Below, in pieces: positions 23,475 through 36,143 of a stretch of DNA of 64,000 nt. Within the stretch, counting starts at the first letter, position 1. Every line of letters starts with the position of its first letter. The stretch spans positions 70,494,001 to 70,558,000 of the forward strand of contig OZ024746.1 in the NCBI GenBank assembly GCA_964016885.1, given 5' to 3'. Below the pieces are notes generated by a model. The model did not search any database. It had not been told where the DNA came from and was given only the letters and a program-made list of their open reading frames with translations. The translations under genes were made by a program, and so were the position numbers. This stretch comes from Eledone cirrhosa (lineage: Eukaryota).

Positions 23475-24575
23475 AAGTATAGATATGTGTGTGTGTATGT
23501 GCGTGTCTGTGTGTTTTGTTTTGATGTTATCCGGCAATTGGCAAAATCAGGTGTGAAAGTATGTGTATTTGTGTGTGTGTGTGTGTGTTACTTATGCGAG
23601 CAACGACAGAAAAAGTGTGTGGGATACATACAATATTATATTTGTCTCTATTTTCGTTCTGCAACCATTATATTATGATATTTGTATCCAAATGATTTTA
23701 GATGTATGTATTACCTGCTTGCCCGTCCCCCTGTCTCTCTTTCCCTGTCTCTCTCTTTCTTTAGATGTGTGTGTGAGTGTAGTTTTCCTAATCTGTCTCT
23801 TTCACTCTCTGTCTCTCTAAGAGGGTTGCCTTTTGATGTATGTATTACCTGCTTGTTTGTTGACCGAATTTGAAGGAGGTTATCCTTTTGAAATAAACAT
23901 ACATACGACGCTCATCTCTATGTTGATATATGATATAAATAATGGGATTGATGAGTTAATATCTGTATACAACAATTACAACGGTACGTGATGGGGCCCA
24001 CCCACAGCCCCGGCGGACAGAATGGAGAAGGCGTTTTCCCGGGGGACGGCAAGGGAGACGCGCTGGAAAAACCACTCCAAATCGCGGGGCTCACACCTGC
24101 GGCCGGCCAGAACAACGCCTATGGTGGTGAGTAAGAAGGTAGACCTAGGGCCGAGAACACTAGAAGTCTCCACTGCCAGGGGTACGACCGCAAACCTGTC
24201 GGAGAGTGACCGATATTTGAGGAGTTTGGCCCCTCAGCCCGACGTGCAGTAGGACCTGGGTATATATTGATATATTGAAGGTAGATACAGAAAGTAAAAG
24301 AGTGTTGTCATATAGAGAGTGAAGAGAGACAGAGAGTAAAGCAGTTCAATTATAGAGTGTGAAAGAGGGAGAGAGAGAGAAAGAGAGACGACGCTCAGCT
24401 TTATAATATTAGAGAGTGAAGAGCGACAGAGTGAGTAAAGCAGTTAAATTATAGAGAGGGGGAATGATCTATTATAGAGAGAGGGAAGAGCAACGGAGAG
24501 AGTAAAGCTAAGAAACTATAGGGAGGTGTGTAGGATACATACATAATACACACGACACTCAGCTTTATAATATTA
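23059..24575 (-). mobile_element. Non-autonomous Helitron-like element (unit 2)
   Basis: Paralogue of 6978-8955. Confidence 0.58.
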
Positions 24576-25164
24576 TATATATATATATATTATATATATA
24601 TATATTAACCCATGCTAGCGTGGAAGATGGACGTTAAAAGATGATGATGATGATGATGATTACATATAGTAATAATAATAAATTTGAAGACTAAAATCCA
24701 AAGAGGGTTCGATAAGGATAAATATATATATATCAAATATATAAGAACTCTAGAGCAAATATTTATTAAAATAACAGATTAAAGTTTAAGCCAAGAATCG
24801 CTGCTTTCACCCTTAACTGGATCTTCTGAAACTAAAAAAATCAATCTGTGAACGCAGAAGTAAATATTTCGAAAAATGTTGCAACCGAAGGAAAACATTA
24901 AGACGTTCCCTGGCAATGAACGGAAAAAAGCGTTTATCGAAATATTTACTTCTGCGTTCACAGAATGATATTTTTAGTTTCAGAAGATCCCGTTAAGGGT
25001 GAAAGCAGTGATTCTTTGCTTCAACTTTAATCTGTTATTTTAATAAATATATTACATATATTATATATAGAGAGAGATTTATATATATAAGTTTCAATCG
25101 GGGGTAACCACAGTAAGTAAGGTACTCAATACAAAGCAAAGTATAAATATTTAATATAAAAAAG

Positions 25165-25213
25165 GCTTCTGCAGGACTAGAACTGTTTCTTTCGGGAGAA
25201 ATCATCAGGACGC
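25165..25213 (-). ncRNA. Hammerhead ribozyme motif, family 2 (non-canonical GCA triplet, probably inactive); paralogues 39156-39204, 50781-50829
   Basis: Minus strand gcgtc-CTGATGA-TTTCtcccGAAA-GAAA-CAGttctagtcCTG-CA-gaagc; the unit 4 copy has perfect stem I GCTTC/GAAGC; lies 3' of a PLE-like C-terminal remnant (..IRSGTPSLNS..). Confidence 0.6.
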
Positions 25214-25708
25214 TAACTTTCCAAGTAATATGGTGGTATTTATATTTTTCTTGTGGTAGGAGAGGATGGGTAGAGGTCATTGGTTGATGGGTTTAAAGAA
25301 AATGGCATTCTTTAAAAACTATATTTAGAGTAACAAAGGCAGAAAGAATTCAAACTGGGGGTGCCACTCCTGATTTTTAAGGTTCACTTAAGCTAACAAT
25401 GGCTATGGTCAGTTGTCTACAAACACACATATAAGCCCTCACTCCCTCACACTCACACAAACACACTCTCTTATACTTATATATAAATATATACATACGT
25501 ATATATATATATACATAAGAGAGTATTGAAGTTTGCTTGAAGCATTGTGGAATAATAAGGTAAATTTCTTTAAGTTGTTTGAAAGCCTCGACAATGCAGA
25601 TGGGTAAATCTCCGGGTAACAAGATACGGTGGTGGAGAGAGAGATGTAAGTGGGTGTACGTTGAGATGCGTGGCGTGTAGAAGACTGTAGCATGTAGAAG
25701 AATGTAGG

Positions 25709-26471
25709 GACCCGACCTGAAGATCAGGCCCATTGTATCGAGCATGGAAGGACCGCTCTACAAAATTTCATGGCTCCTAGCCAGAATACTCAAACCCATC
25801 TTAGACACCTTGCCGGGACACGTTAACAGCTCCGAGGAGGTGTTGAAGCGCCTGCATCAAATGGATCCCGACACCAGAAAGGATAACAGATATGCCTTCA
25901 GCCTTGATGTAGTCGCTCTCTACACCTCGGTCCCGGCACTCCCGGCCGTTAATATACTGATAGAACGCGTCCAATCCACCGACCTACACTGCTTCGGGCT
26001 CACCACCACTGACATCCACCAACTCCTATCCATCGTCATCGACAACATCTACTTCGGATTCCTTGACCAAACATACCAGCAAACCTCGGGACTGCCCATG
26101 GGATCAAGCCTGTTGGGTGTGCTAGCGATCTCTTACATGGACAGCCTCGAGCGCAAGGCACTTAACGCTTGCCACCCCAACGCCGTCGCCTTTTTCTCAA
26201 GGTACGTGGACAATATCCTCATCCTCACATCTTCCCAAGACATGGCGAACAGAATCTGAGACGTTAAACAACACGGACGAGAACATCGACTTCAGTGTTG
26301 AACACACCAACGACGACGGGTCACTTGCCCTCCTCGGCTTACGAATCAACATCACGGAACAGGGAGGGATCCACTGCAACTTCTACCGTAAGGTAGCCTG
26401 CGGGGACCTGTTCGTCCACTACAAGTCCGCCCTCCCTAACAATGCCAAAAGAGGATACATCACGAACGAGA
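25709..26471 (+). mobile_element. Penelope-like RT fragment (different PLE lineage), unit-2-specific
   Basis: ORF 25744-26259: AFSLDVVALYTSVP, YQQTSGLPMGS, FSRYVDNI; GC-rich relative to flanks. Confidence 0.85.
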
Positions 26472-26684
26472 TCGCTCTTTCCTACATTCTTCTACACACT
26501 ACACATCTCAACCTACATTCACTTACATCTCTCTCTCCACCACCGGATCTTGTTACCCGGAGATTTACCCATCTGCATTGTTGAGGCTTCCAAAACGACC
26601 TAAAGAAATATACCTTATTATTCCACAATGCTTCAAGCAAACTTCAATACTCTCTTATATATATATATATATATGTGTTTGTGT

Positions 26685-28290
26685 GTATGACAACACTACT
26701 TACAGCTACTTGGCACATAACGCTATTACCCCTAAATATAAGAAGGCTAACCCTATGGCCTACCACGACATCAATACAGAAGCCAAAGACCTTGCTGCTG
26801 CCCTTAAGGTAGATAAGATGCTTCAATGTTTAGCTAAGCGTGAAGCGTTTCTCACCCTGAAGGATGACAAGGTAGACTTTGCTTCCAATCCCACATGTAG
26901 ACTACTACACCCGGCACGCACAGAAATGGGACTAGTCAGTAAGGCTATACTAAGAAACATAGATAAGACCATTAGGACCAAGTCCAACCTGTCCTAGTGG
27001 GAAAACAGCCACTCAATCATTAAGTGGTTTAACTCCTTCAACTCCAAAAAAGCGAAGTTCACGCAATTCGACATTGTAGATTTATACCTGTCGATCTCAT
27101 AGACCCTATTAAACAAGGCGTTGGACTTTGCTACCACTTACACTACCGTCCATCTTTTAGACAGGGAGATCCTCGCACATTGCCGGAAAACCCTCCTCTT
27201 CAACAACGGAGTAGCCTGGGCAAAGAAGTCAACCACTTCAGAATTTTTCGACATCTCCATTGGATCGTTTGACAGTGCTGACATATGCGACTTGGTTGGC
27301 CTATTCTTTTAGACATATTACGTGTTAGATTCCCGGACTTCCACACGGGAATATACCGCAACGATGGCCTGACCTTATCGAGCCATTAAAGTGGTCACAA
27401 ACTGGACCAGTTTAAAACAGACTTAACTTCTACCTTTAATGAGTTAGGACTTAGGATAACAGAAGCTACCAAGCTCTCTACCGTAGATTTCTTAGACATT
27501 TATTTAGACCTTCGCACACCTACCTTCTGACCCTTCCATAAGTTACACGAAAAACTTAAATACATACACAAGAACTCATGCCACTCTCCTACTGTTTTTA
27601 GAAACTTCGTAAATAATATCAGTACTAGAATCTCTAACCTCGCCTCTAATAAAGCTATCTTTGACAGAGTGGCACCCTACTATAACACGGTGTTAACTAA
27701 CAGCGGCTTCTCGCAACCAATTATTTACTCCCCCACTAACAACAACAGCAATAAGGAAAGAAATCGTAACAATAGACAAACTATCTGGTTCTCTCCTCCC
27801 TTCTCACTCAATGTTAAAACTAATGTAGGAAAAAAATGTTTAGCCCTCTTAGATAAACACTTTCCCATAGGACACAAATACCGCTGAAGGCCCACATCAC
27901 CAACAGTCCTAAGAGCGACACCCCACCATGATGCTCTTGCAGGAAGCCTGAAGCTTGTCCCATTCAACAGCAATGCAACACACCTGCTGTAGTTTATGAA
28001 GCTGTGGTCACTTCCAACTGACCAAATCCTATGTGGGTATGGCGGAGGGCCGATTTAAGGAACGCTTCCTGAACCAGCAGTCGACCATTAGGTACCCGGA
28101 CAAACGATCAGCCACGAAACTCGCGAGCCCCGTACTGTCCCTCAAGAACTCAGGTATAGACTACTCCATTCAATGGAAAGCCATCACTAAGTCCAAGCCA
28201 TGCGCTAAGGGCAATCTGTCGTGTGGGCTGTGCATTGAAGAAAGGATAAATATTCTAAGGAGATTACACAATAGCGTAATTAGAGAATAA
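26685..28290 (+). mobile_element. Degenerate Naiad-like PLE (unit 2)
   Basis: Paralogue of 11120-12712; retains GIYRNDGL. Confidence 0.85.
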
Positions 28291-28932
28291 ATTCTGGCAA
28301 TGGAAACATCAGTTAGAATCAAGAGGACTGAGAGTGTATATAGCTAAGACAAAAGTGTTGATAAGTAGAAGAGAGGACAATACTCTGATTCCATCAGCGA
28401 AATCACCATGTTCGATATCTAGAAAAGCAACTGGCATAAATTCCATAAAATGTACGCAATGCAGATCTTGGGTACGCAAGAGATGTAGTGGGATAACAGG
28501 CAAACAAACAGGTAAGGAAAACTACGTATACTGTAGATGTACAGGGAAAATTGGCAGTAGTAATCGCAGTGATAGACACATTTTTCCAATGCAGGTGGTT
28601 CTATAGAAGTGGTTGATAGCTTCCGGTACCTAGGTGATCAGATTAGCATGGGAGGGGGGGAGGGGTCCGAGGCCTTGGTATCTAGAATAAGGACGGGTTG
28701 GAAGAAGTTTAGAGAGCTGCTTCCTCTGTTGACAAAGAAGGGTTTCTCCCTGCGTACGAAAGCACGGTTATATGATGCCTGTGTGAGATGCGCAAGCTGC
28801 ACGGTAGTGAGAAATGGGCAGCAACTGCAGAGGATATGCAACGGCTGGAGAGAAATGAAGCAAGCATGCTCCGTTGGATGTGCAATGTCAATGTGTGTGA
28901 ACGACCAAGCATAGATGAGTTGAGAAAGAAAC
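28280..28932 (+). mobile_element. RTE LINE fragment, 3' end deleted (unit 2)
   Basis: Paralogue of 12700-13350, fused directly to TGTAAACAAACAGCCC; the same junction occurs at ~42200. Confidence 0.85.
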
Positions 28933-29014
28933 TTGTAAACAAACAGCCCGAATTAAGCCGTACAGTATTCAGCAACCATTGTCACCCTTTTGTTCAACAT
29001 TGACAATATATATG

Positions 29015-29061
<47 letters not shown>

Positions 29062-29236
29062 TGTACAGCAGGCATTCCCCGTCCCAGTTATTTGCAGAAT
29101 TTTCCTTAGAACCTAACACTAATAATTGTTCAAGGAAACCACTGCATATTCGTGGAATCGTAAATATCTTCTGTGATTCATTGATGGCTTTTTTCGTGGC
29201 AATATATATTTTCTCATACTTTTTAATGTTAAATTA

Positions 29237-31194
29237 CACTGGTCAACAAAAAAATATTCATTTCATGGTTCTGGTATAATTTAGTATGATTCTAGAGTAA
29301 TCAAGTGTGCAGAATCTGAATATGACACCGGTTAAGCTGTATTGAGTCTAGTTTTTGAGAGCCAGCATATCCATGTTTATGACCCATAGCTATGTGGCTC
29401 ATATTACTTTATCCAATTGTATCCACTATATTTAGTTGTTAACTAATTTATACTTACTGCTTTTGTTTCAGATCACAGAATTGTAACTATCCTCAGCTAT
29501 TCTTGGATAATTCACAACAACTTTGACTAGTGGGAGAGATGGAACGCCGAAAATGTTTAAATGACCCGGACCGATTTTGCTATATTTGTGGACTCTTTAC
29601 CCCAGAAAGCATAAAGAAACCAATCACAAAAGCAGTTCGAGTAAACTACAAATGCTACTTCAAATGTCCATTAGGAGACCAGGACAAGAAATGGGCGCCT
29701 CATATAGCATGTAGATCATGTGTTAATCACCTAAGTGAATGGAAGAATGGGAAACGAAGCTCTGGTTTGCCATTTGCCGTACCAATGGTGTGGCGAGAAC
29801 CAAAAGACCACAATAACGATTGCTACTTCTGCCATATAAACATCCAAGGAATAACTGTGAAGACACGAACTACACTTCAATACCCGATATCTCGTCAGCA
29901 CTCCTACCAGTACCTCACAGTGATGAATTACCTGTTCCAGTTCCACCTGCTGATTCTGATTCCAGTAGCACCTCTATTGATGATGACTATCAAGACGAAC
30001 ATGAGACAAGTGAACCCATACCATTTAACCAGGAAGCTCTTCATGATCTCATTAAAGACCTACATTTGTCTAAAGAAAAGGCAGAGCTCCTGGGATCAAG
30101 ACTGAAGCAACGAAACCTGCTGGAACCTGGCGTCCGCATTACAACCGCTCGTCATCGTCATAAACCACTTAATTAGTCTACTTCTAGGTCTTCAGACTGG
30201 TTACACAAAGCATATGTGTTTTCTATGTTTATGGAATAGTAGAGCAGATGCAGAGCACATGAAGAAGGATTGGCCAACAAGACCAAAGGATGCACCCGGT
30301 AGATTCAACTGTCTGTACAAACCTCTCGTGGATCCAGAAAAAGTATTCCTCCCTCCATTACATCTCAAATTAGGCTTGGCCAAAAACTTTATTAAAAGCA
30401 TGGATCATACAGGTAATGGGTTTCAGTACTTGTGTAAGAAATTGGGTAGAGTGGTATCTGAAGCAAAGTTAAAAGCAGGGGTTTTGAATGGTCCTCAGAT
30501 TCGTATGCTGGTTAATGATAGTGAGTTTACGAAAACACTAAACCCTTTGGAGACTAATGCATGGAAATCATTTGTAGATGTGACACAGAACTTTCTTGGA
30601 AACCACCGTGCAGAAAACTATAAAGAAATTGTTGAAACCATGATATAAAATTATCGCGCTCTGGGTTCACGAATGTCGTTGAAGCTTCATTTCTTCCATT
30701 CTCATCTGGATTTCTTCCCAAGTAATCTAGGAGACATCAGTAATGAACATGGAGAGAGGTTTCACCAGGACATTGCCAAAATGGAGAGTAGGTATCAGGG
30801 TCGGTTCAATCCCACCATGATGGACACTGCAACATGAGGAGAGCCAGCAAAACAAGCGTAAAAGCAAAATCCAGACATTTTTTTAGAAATGTTTTGAAAT
30901 ATTTTATTATGTTCAGAATGTTGTTCAGAATGTTTTGTTAATATACTAAGTGTTAAAGTAAATAAATAAAAATATGTTTATATATTTTTTATTAATAAGT
31001 TAATATGTTTATATCTAAGTCATCATATGTTACACAATGGATAAATAATGCAATAAGAGGAACATGTTTTCGATCTCATATTAAGGCATTCTGGTCCGAT
31101 AGCAAAAAATGAATATCAAAACTGAATTTAGTGCTATGAAATTAGTAAGATGCACATATTCACATGTAAGAACCATTTTGGCTGTTGACCAGTG
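29237..31194 (+). mobile_element. Chapaev3-type (CMC superfamily) DNA transposon, defective
   Basis: TIRs CACTGGTCAACA / TGTTGACCAGTG; TTA duplicated on both sides versus empty site AAATTATTAATG in other units. Transposase motifs CYICG..GDQDKKWAPHIAC..PMVWREPKDH.NDCYFC, LPPLHLKLGL, GPQIR, EHGERFHQDI; frameshift, stops and an internal deletion. Confidence 0.88.
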
Positions 31195-32077
31195 TTATTA
31201 ATGTATATATACGGTATTTTCCATCCTATATATTAAATTGTTTTGACGTTAATAAGCATTTTTGTGGGCTACGTCCAATATTTGCGCTTCTGAAACTCTT
31301 CACGGGTGCTCTAGGGATATAAACCTCGCTAATACAGTGGAACAACTGTATACATATATATATATACATATATATGTGTACGTTCAATTCTCAGACTGGG
31401 TGATGTGTTGTTTCCTTGAGCAAGACACTTTATTTCACATTGCTCCAGTTTACTCAGCTGTAGAAATGAGATGATAGGGACTGGGGTCAATATCATTCCA
31501 CTGCAAAGTGGTTGTGCAGGTGCCATGGCAAAAAAGCACCCAGCACTCACTGTAAATGAGGTTGGTGTTAGGAAGGGCATCCAGCTGTAGAAATCAAGCC
31601 AGAATCAGTTCCCGTCACACCCTTGCAAGCAGTGAAAAAGCAGACTTAAAATGAAATGAATGAATAATATGAAAATTATTGTCTAAGGAATGGTGTTGGC
31701 CTCTAAAATTTCTGACAACACACTCACATCATTACCTCAAGTGATAGAAGGTCTCTGGAATAACACACTAGAACAAGGACTGTTTGGGTTACATAAAAGA
31801 AAAAAAATGTTAAGGCGTAAAACAAAAGCCACAGAAATGTCTTGCATATACTAAAAATATTTCTAAGAAGCCAATGAGCAAGATTTTAATTCCAACAAAA
31901 AATGTATTAAATAAAATTAATGGTAAGCAATATTTATAGTTTGTTGAATGTCTCGGCATTAACTTTTGATGTTGGTGTAAAATAAGTTATGACTTGTGAG
32001 AAGAAAGGTACATCACGTTTCATATTTTAAAGTCTTCGGTCAAGTGTGTTATGAACAAAAGATTTCCCACTTATTTC

Positions 32078-34750
32078 TCAGTGGAAAGATTTCTCTCCAG
32101 TGTGTGTTAGTTTGTGTCTATTTAAGTGACTGTTACAAACAAAAGATTTACCACATATTTCACAGTGGAAAGGTTTCTCTCCGGTGTGTGTTCTTGTGTG
32201 AATTGTTAACATACTGTTAGAAACAAAGGATTTCCCACATATTTCACAATGGTGGGGTTTTTCTCCAGTGTGTGTTTGTTTGTGTCCTGCTAAATGACTT
32301 TTACGAACAAAAGATTTCCCACATATTTCACAGTGGAAAGGTCTCTCTCCGGTGTGTGTTCTTGTGTGAATTGTTAACTCACTGTTAGAGCCAAAAGATT
32401 TTCCACATATTTCACAGTGGAAAGATCTCTCACCAGTGTGTGTTAGTTTGTGTCTATTTAAGTCACAGTTACGAAGAAAAGACTTCCCACATATTTCACA
32501 GTGGCAAGATTTTTCACCAGTGTGTCTTAGTTTGTGTATATATAAGCTACTGTTTTGAAGAAAAGACTTGCCACATGTTTCACAGTGGAAAGATTTCTCA
32601 CCAGTGTGTGTTCTTGTGTGACTTGTTAACCCTCCATTAGAGGCAAAAGATTTTCCACATATTTCACAATGATAAGGCTTTTCTCCTGTGTGTCTTCTCA
32701 TGTGTTCTATTACATGAGAATTAGTCACAAAGGATTTCCCACATATTTCACAATGATATGGCTTCTCTCCAGTGTGGCTTCTCATGTGTACTATTAAATG
32801 AGCATTAGACACAAAGGATTTCCCACATATTTCACAATGATAAGGCTTTTGTCCTGTGTGTCTTCTCATGTGTACGATTAAATAACCATTAGTCACACAG
32901 GATTTCCCACATATTTCACAATGGTGGGGTTTTTCTCCAGTGTGTGTTTGTTTGTGTTCTGCTAAATGACTGTTACGAACAAAAGATTTCCCACATATTT
33001 CACAATGAAAAGGTCTCTCACCAGTGTGTGTTAGTTTGTGTATATTTAAGCTACTGTTTTGAAGAAAAGACTTCCCACATATTTCACAGTGGAAAGATCT
33101 CTCACCAGTGTGTGTTAGTTTGTGTCTATTTAAGTTAAAGTTACGAAGAAAAGATTTACCACATATTTCACAGTTGAAAGATCTCTCACCAGTGTGTGTT
33201 AGTTTGTGTATATTTAAGTGACTGTTATAAAGAAAAGATTTACCACATATTTCACAATGAAAAGGTCTCTCACCAGTGTGCGTTCTTGTGTGAATTGTTA
33301 ACATACTGTTAGAAACAAAGGATTTCCCACATATTTCACAATGGTGGGGTTTTTCTCCAGTGTGTGTTTGTTTGTGTCCTGCTAAATGACTTTTACGAAC
33401 AAAAGATTTCCCACATATTTCACAGTGGAAAGGTCTCTCTCCGGTGTGTGTTCTTGTGTGAATTGTTAACTCACTGTTAGAGCCAAAAGATTTTCCACAT
33501 ATTTCACAGTGGAAAGATCTATCACCAGTGTGTGTTAGTTTGTGTCTATTTAAGACACTGTTACAAAGAAAAGATTTCCCACATATTTCACAGTGAAAAG
33601 GTCTCTCTCCGGTGTGTGTTCTTGTGTGAATTGTTAACTCACTGTTAGAGCCAAAAGATTTTCCACATATTTCACAGTGGAAAGATTTCTCACCAGTGTG
33701 TGTTAGTTTGTGTCTATTTAAGACACTGTTACAAAGAAAAGACTTCCCACATATTTCACAGTGGAAAGATTTCTCAGCAGTGTGTGTTAGTTTGTGTCTA
33801 TTTAAGCTACTGTTTTGAAGAAAAGGCTTGCCACATATTTCACAATGAAAAGGTCTCTCACCAGTGTGTGTTAGTTTGTGTATATTTAAGTCACTGTTTT
33901 GAAGAAAAGACTTCCCACAAATTTCACAGTGGAAAGATTTCTCCCCGGTGTGTGTTCTTGTGTGAATTGTTAACTCACTGTTAGAGGCAAAAGATTTTCC
34001 ACATATTTCACAATGATAAGGCTTTTCTCCTGTGTGTCTTCTCATGTGTACTATTAAATGAGCATTAGTCACAAAGGATTTCCCACATATTTTACAATGG
34101 TAGGGTTTTTCTCCAGTGTGTGTTTGTTTGTGTACTGTTAAATGACTGTTACGAAGAAAAGACTTCCCACATATTTCACAGTGGCAAGATTTTTCACCAG
34201 TGTGTGTTAGTTTATGTATATTTAAGTGACTGTTATGAAGAAAAGACTTCCCACATATTTCACAGTGGAAAGATCTCTCACCAGTGTGTGTTAGTTTGTG
34301 TCTAATTAAGTGACTGTTACAAACAAAAGATTTACCACATATTTCACAATGAAAAGGTCTCTCACCAGTGTGTGTTCTTTTGTGGACTGTTAAATGGCTG
34401 TTAGTCACAAAAGAATTCCCACATGTTTCACAATGAAATGCTCTCTCTTCAGTGTGTCTACGAATGTGTTCAACAAGGTCAGATGTATAAAGGGAAGATT
34501 TCCCAGGTATTTCACAGTACAACTGTTTTTCTATTGTGTGTGTGTCTTTGTGTGTGGATACTTCATCTTTTGTAGAGAAAGTTTTCCTACAAATCTCACA
34601 GCTGTATTCTGGAATATTCCTGTGTAAAGTTCCTTCTTCTGTACATATTTCACGCGATAAAGGTTTCTCATCACTGTATGTCTGTGTAACTGTATCTATA
34701 TTGGTGGAAACTGGTGTGTTAGAAATGTTCAATTGTTTAACGTCCTCCAT
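32078..34750 (-). CDS. Poly-C2H2 zinc-finger protein, copy 3 (890 aa, 28 tandem fingers + 1 N-terminal)
   Basis: Uninterrupted ORF; ends at a TGA occupying the first Cys codon of the terminal degenerate finger. Confidence 0.92.
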   Translation of the reverse strand: MEDVKQLNISNTPVSTNIDTVTQTYSDEKPLSREICTEEGTLHRNIPEYSCEICRKTFSTKDEVSTHKDTHTIEKQLYCEIPGKSSLYTSDLVEHIRRHTEERAFHCETCGNSFVTNSHLTVHKRTHTGERPFHCEICGKSFVCNSHLIRHKLTHTGERSFHCEICGKSFLHNSHLNIHKLTHTGEKSCHCEICGKSFLRNSHLTVHKQTHTGEKPYHCKICGKSFVTNAHLIVHMRRHTGEKPYHCEICGKSFASNSELTIHTRTHTGEKSFHCEICGKSFLQNSDLNIHKLTHTGERPFHCEICGKPFLQNSSLNRHKLTHTAEKSFHCEICGKSFLCNSVLNRHKLTHTGEKSFHCEICGKSFGSNSELTIHTRTHTGERPFHCEICGKSFLCNSVLNRHKLTHTGDRSFHCEICGKSFGSNSELTIHTRTHTGERPFHCEICGKSFVRKSHLAGHKQTHTGEKPHHCEICGKSFVSNSMLTIHTRTHTGERPFHCEICGKSFLYNSHLNIHKLTHTGERSFNCEICGKSFLRNFNLNRHKLTHTGERSFHCEICGKSFLQNSSLNIHKLTHTGERPFHCEICGKSFVRNSHLAEHKQTHTGEKPHHCEICGKSCVTNGYLIVHMRRHTGQKPYHCEICGKSFVSNAHLIVHMRSHTGEKPYHCEICGKSFVTNSHVIEHMRRHTGEKPYHCEICGKSFASNGGLTSHTRTHTGEKSFHCETCGKSFLQNSSLYIHKLRHTGEKSCHCEICGKSFLRNCDLNRHKLTHTGERSFHCEICGKSFGSNSELTIHTRTHTGERPFHCEICGKSFVRKSHLAGHKQTHTGEKPHHCEICGKSFVSNSMLTIHTRTHTGEKPFHCEICGKSFVCNSHLNRHKLTHTGEKSFH

Positions 34751-35549
34751 AGTATTTTTTTAAGAATTCTTGAAAGTTGAGAAATATCTGTGATTATATT
34801 TTATTATACTTCAATTTCTCGTAGCAAAGTAATTCCTCTCGAAGTGCTACATATATATTATTGTAAACAAAAAGACTTCAAATTCAATGTTAGGAAATTT
34901 GGTTATGGTTAATGCATGCTATGTAGTCTAAAATATATATTGTCTATAAATGACTGGTAGCCGATGTTCTGGTAAAATAAACGTTCTTCCACTAGATTGT
35001 AATGGAACTCTCAGTTGACACAACTGTAAAGTAAGAATAGATATGACAGTGTAAGACAGATGTCGGGGAAAGAAAATGTGTTGTATGTATATATATTTGT
35101 GGTGAGATGGCGGTCGGTATGATCATGGGTTTGTTTCTCTATGTTGACCTAATAAAATAAGTTTGTTAATAAAATATGTTTGTTTATGGAAAAGTACACA
35201 ATATCTGCTGTGTTGACAATAAAAATAATACGTACTTTATATTTCAAGTCCAAGTGTAAAGTCAAGAAAGCTAATTGTTGGTGATTTAAACCTATTTCTT
35301 TCAGTGACGTTGTTCATGCTTCAATAACCTAAATAACACCGGTGTTATACATTAAAAATCCCTGACATAATGTAGTACCATCAGTTATGTTAGTATCCCA
35401 AACTTGGTAAAGGAAACAACACCCAGTAAAATTATTGTGATGCATAAACGAGACAGTCTCTTACCTTGTTGCTTAACCTGCTAGGAATAGCAGCCAAACC
35501 GCCCTCTTCACGTTTTGATCAACAGAAAGACACACACACATATATGTAT

Positions 35550-36143
35550 ATATGTATAGAAATTTTGTATTTCGAAAGAAATACGATCTTAGAAAGGTGT
35601 TGCTATGCGAACAACGGTATATGGGGGCTAACGCCCTCTAGTGTTGTCCAGTAGAATCAAGGAGTACAGCCGTCTATGCATTTCAGGCTTGACTGGCCAT
35701 CGTCAGGACGATCCCTCCCACTGCTCTATTATAAGTTGAGCCGACTTATGCAGCTTCATATGCAAATGAGATTAATCGCCTCATGTTTTCAAGTCCAGCA
35801 GTCAAGCCTGAAATGCATATAGACGGTTGTCAACCTGCTTTTGCTGGACAACACCAGATGGCGTTAGATAACCTGTGTTCGCATAGCTACGGCTTCCTAA
35901 AATCGTATTTCTTTCGAAATACGAAATTTCTATATATATTGTATAAAGCAATGCTTGAAGTGGAATCCTATTTCTTTGCAAATGAGATTAATCACCTCAT
36001 TTACACGGACGAGAAAACTATATGTTCTCGGCTGTTTTCAAGTCCAGCAGTTGCAGAGCAGTGGGAAGGATAGTCCTGACGAAGGCCAGTCAAGCCTGAA
36101 CTGCATAGACGGTTGTCCCCCTTGCTTCTGATGGACAACACCA
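35550..36143. mobile_element. Hammerhead repeat module, unit 3
   Basis: Paralogue of 5153-5822; copy b core deleted; copy c (36070-36114) has GAAA changed to GAAC. Confidence 0.78.
35668..35713 (-). ncRNA. Minimal type I hammerhead ribozyme (unit 3, copy a, intact)
   Basis: Minus strand gatcgtc-CTGACGA-tggccagtcaagcct-GAAA-tgca-TA-gacggct. Confidence 0.78.

Noticed and set aside
32078-34400. 84-bp periodic repeat with constant and variable parts resembling a CRISPR array
   Set aside because: It is in-frame C2H2 finger coding sequence in eukaryotic DNA; no cas genes.
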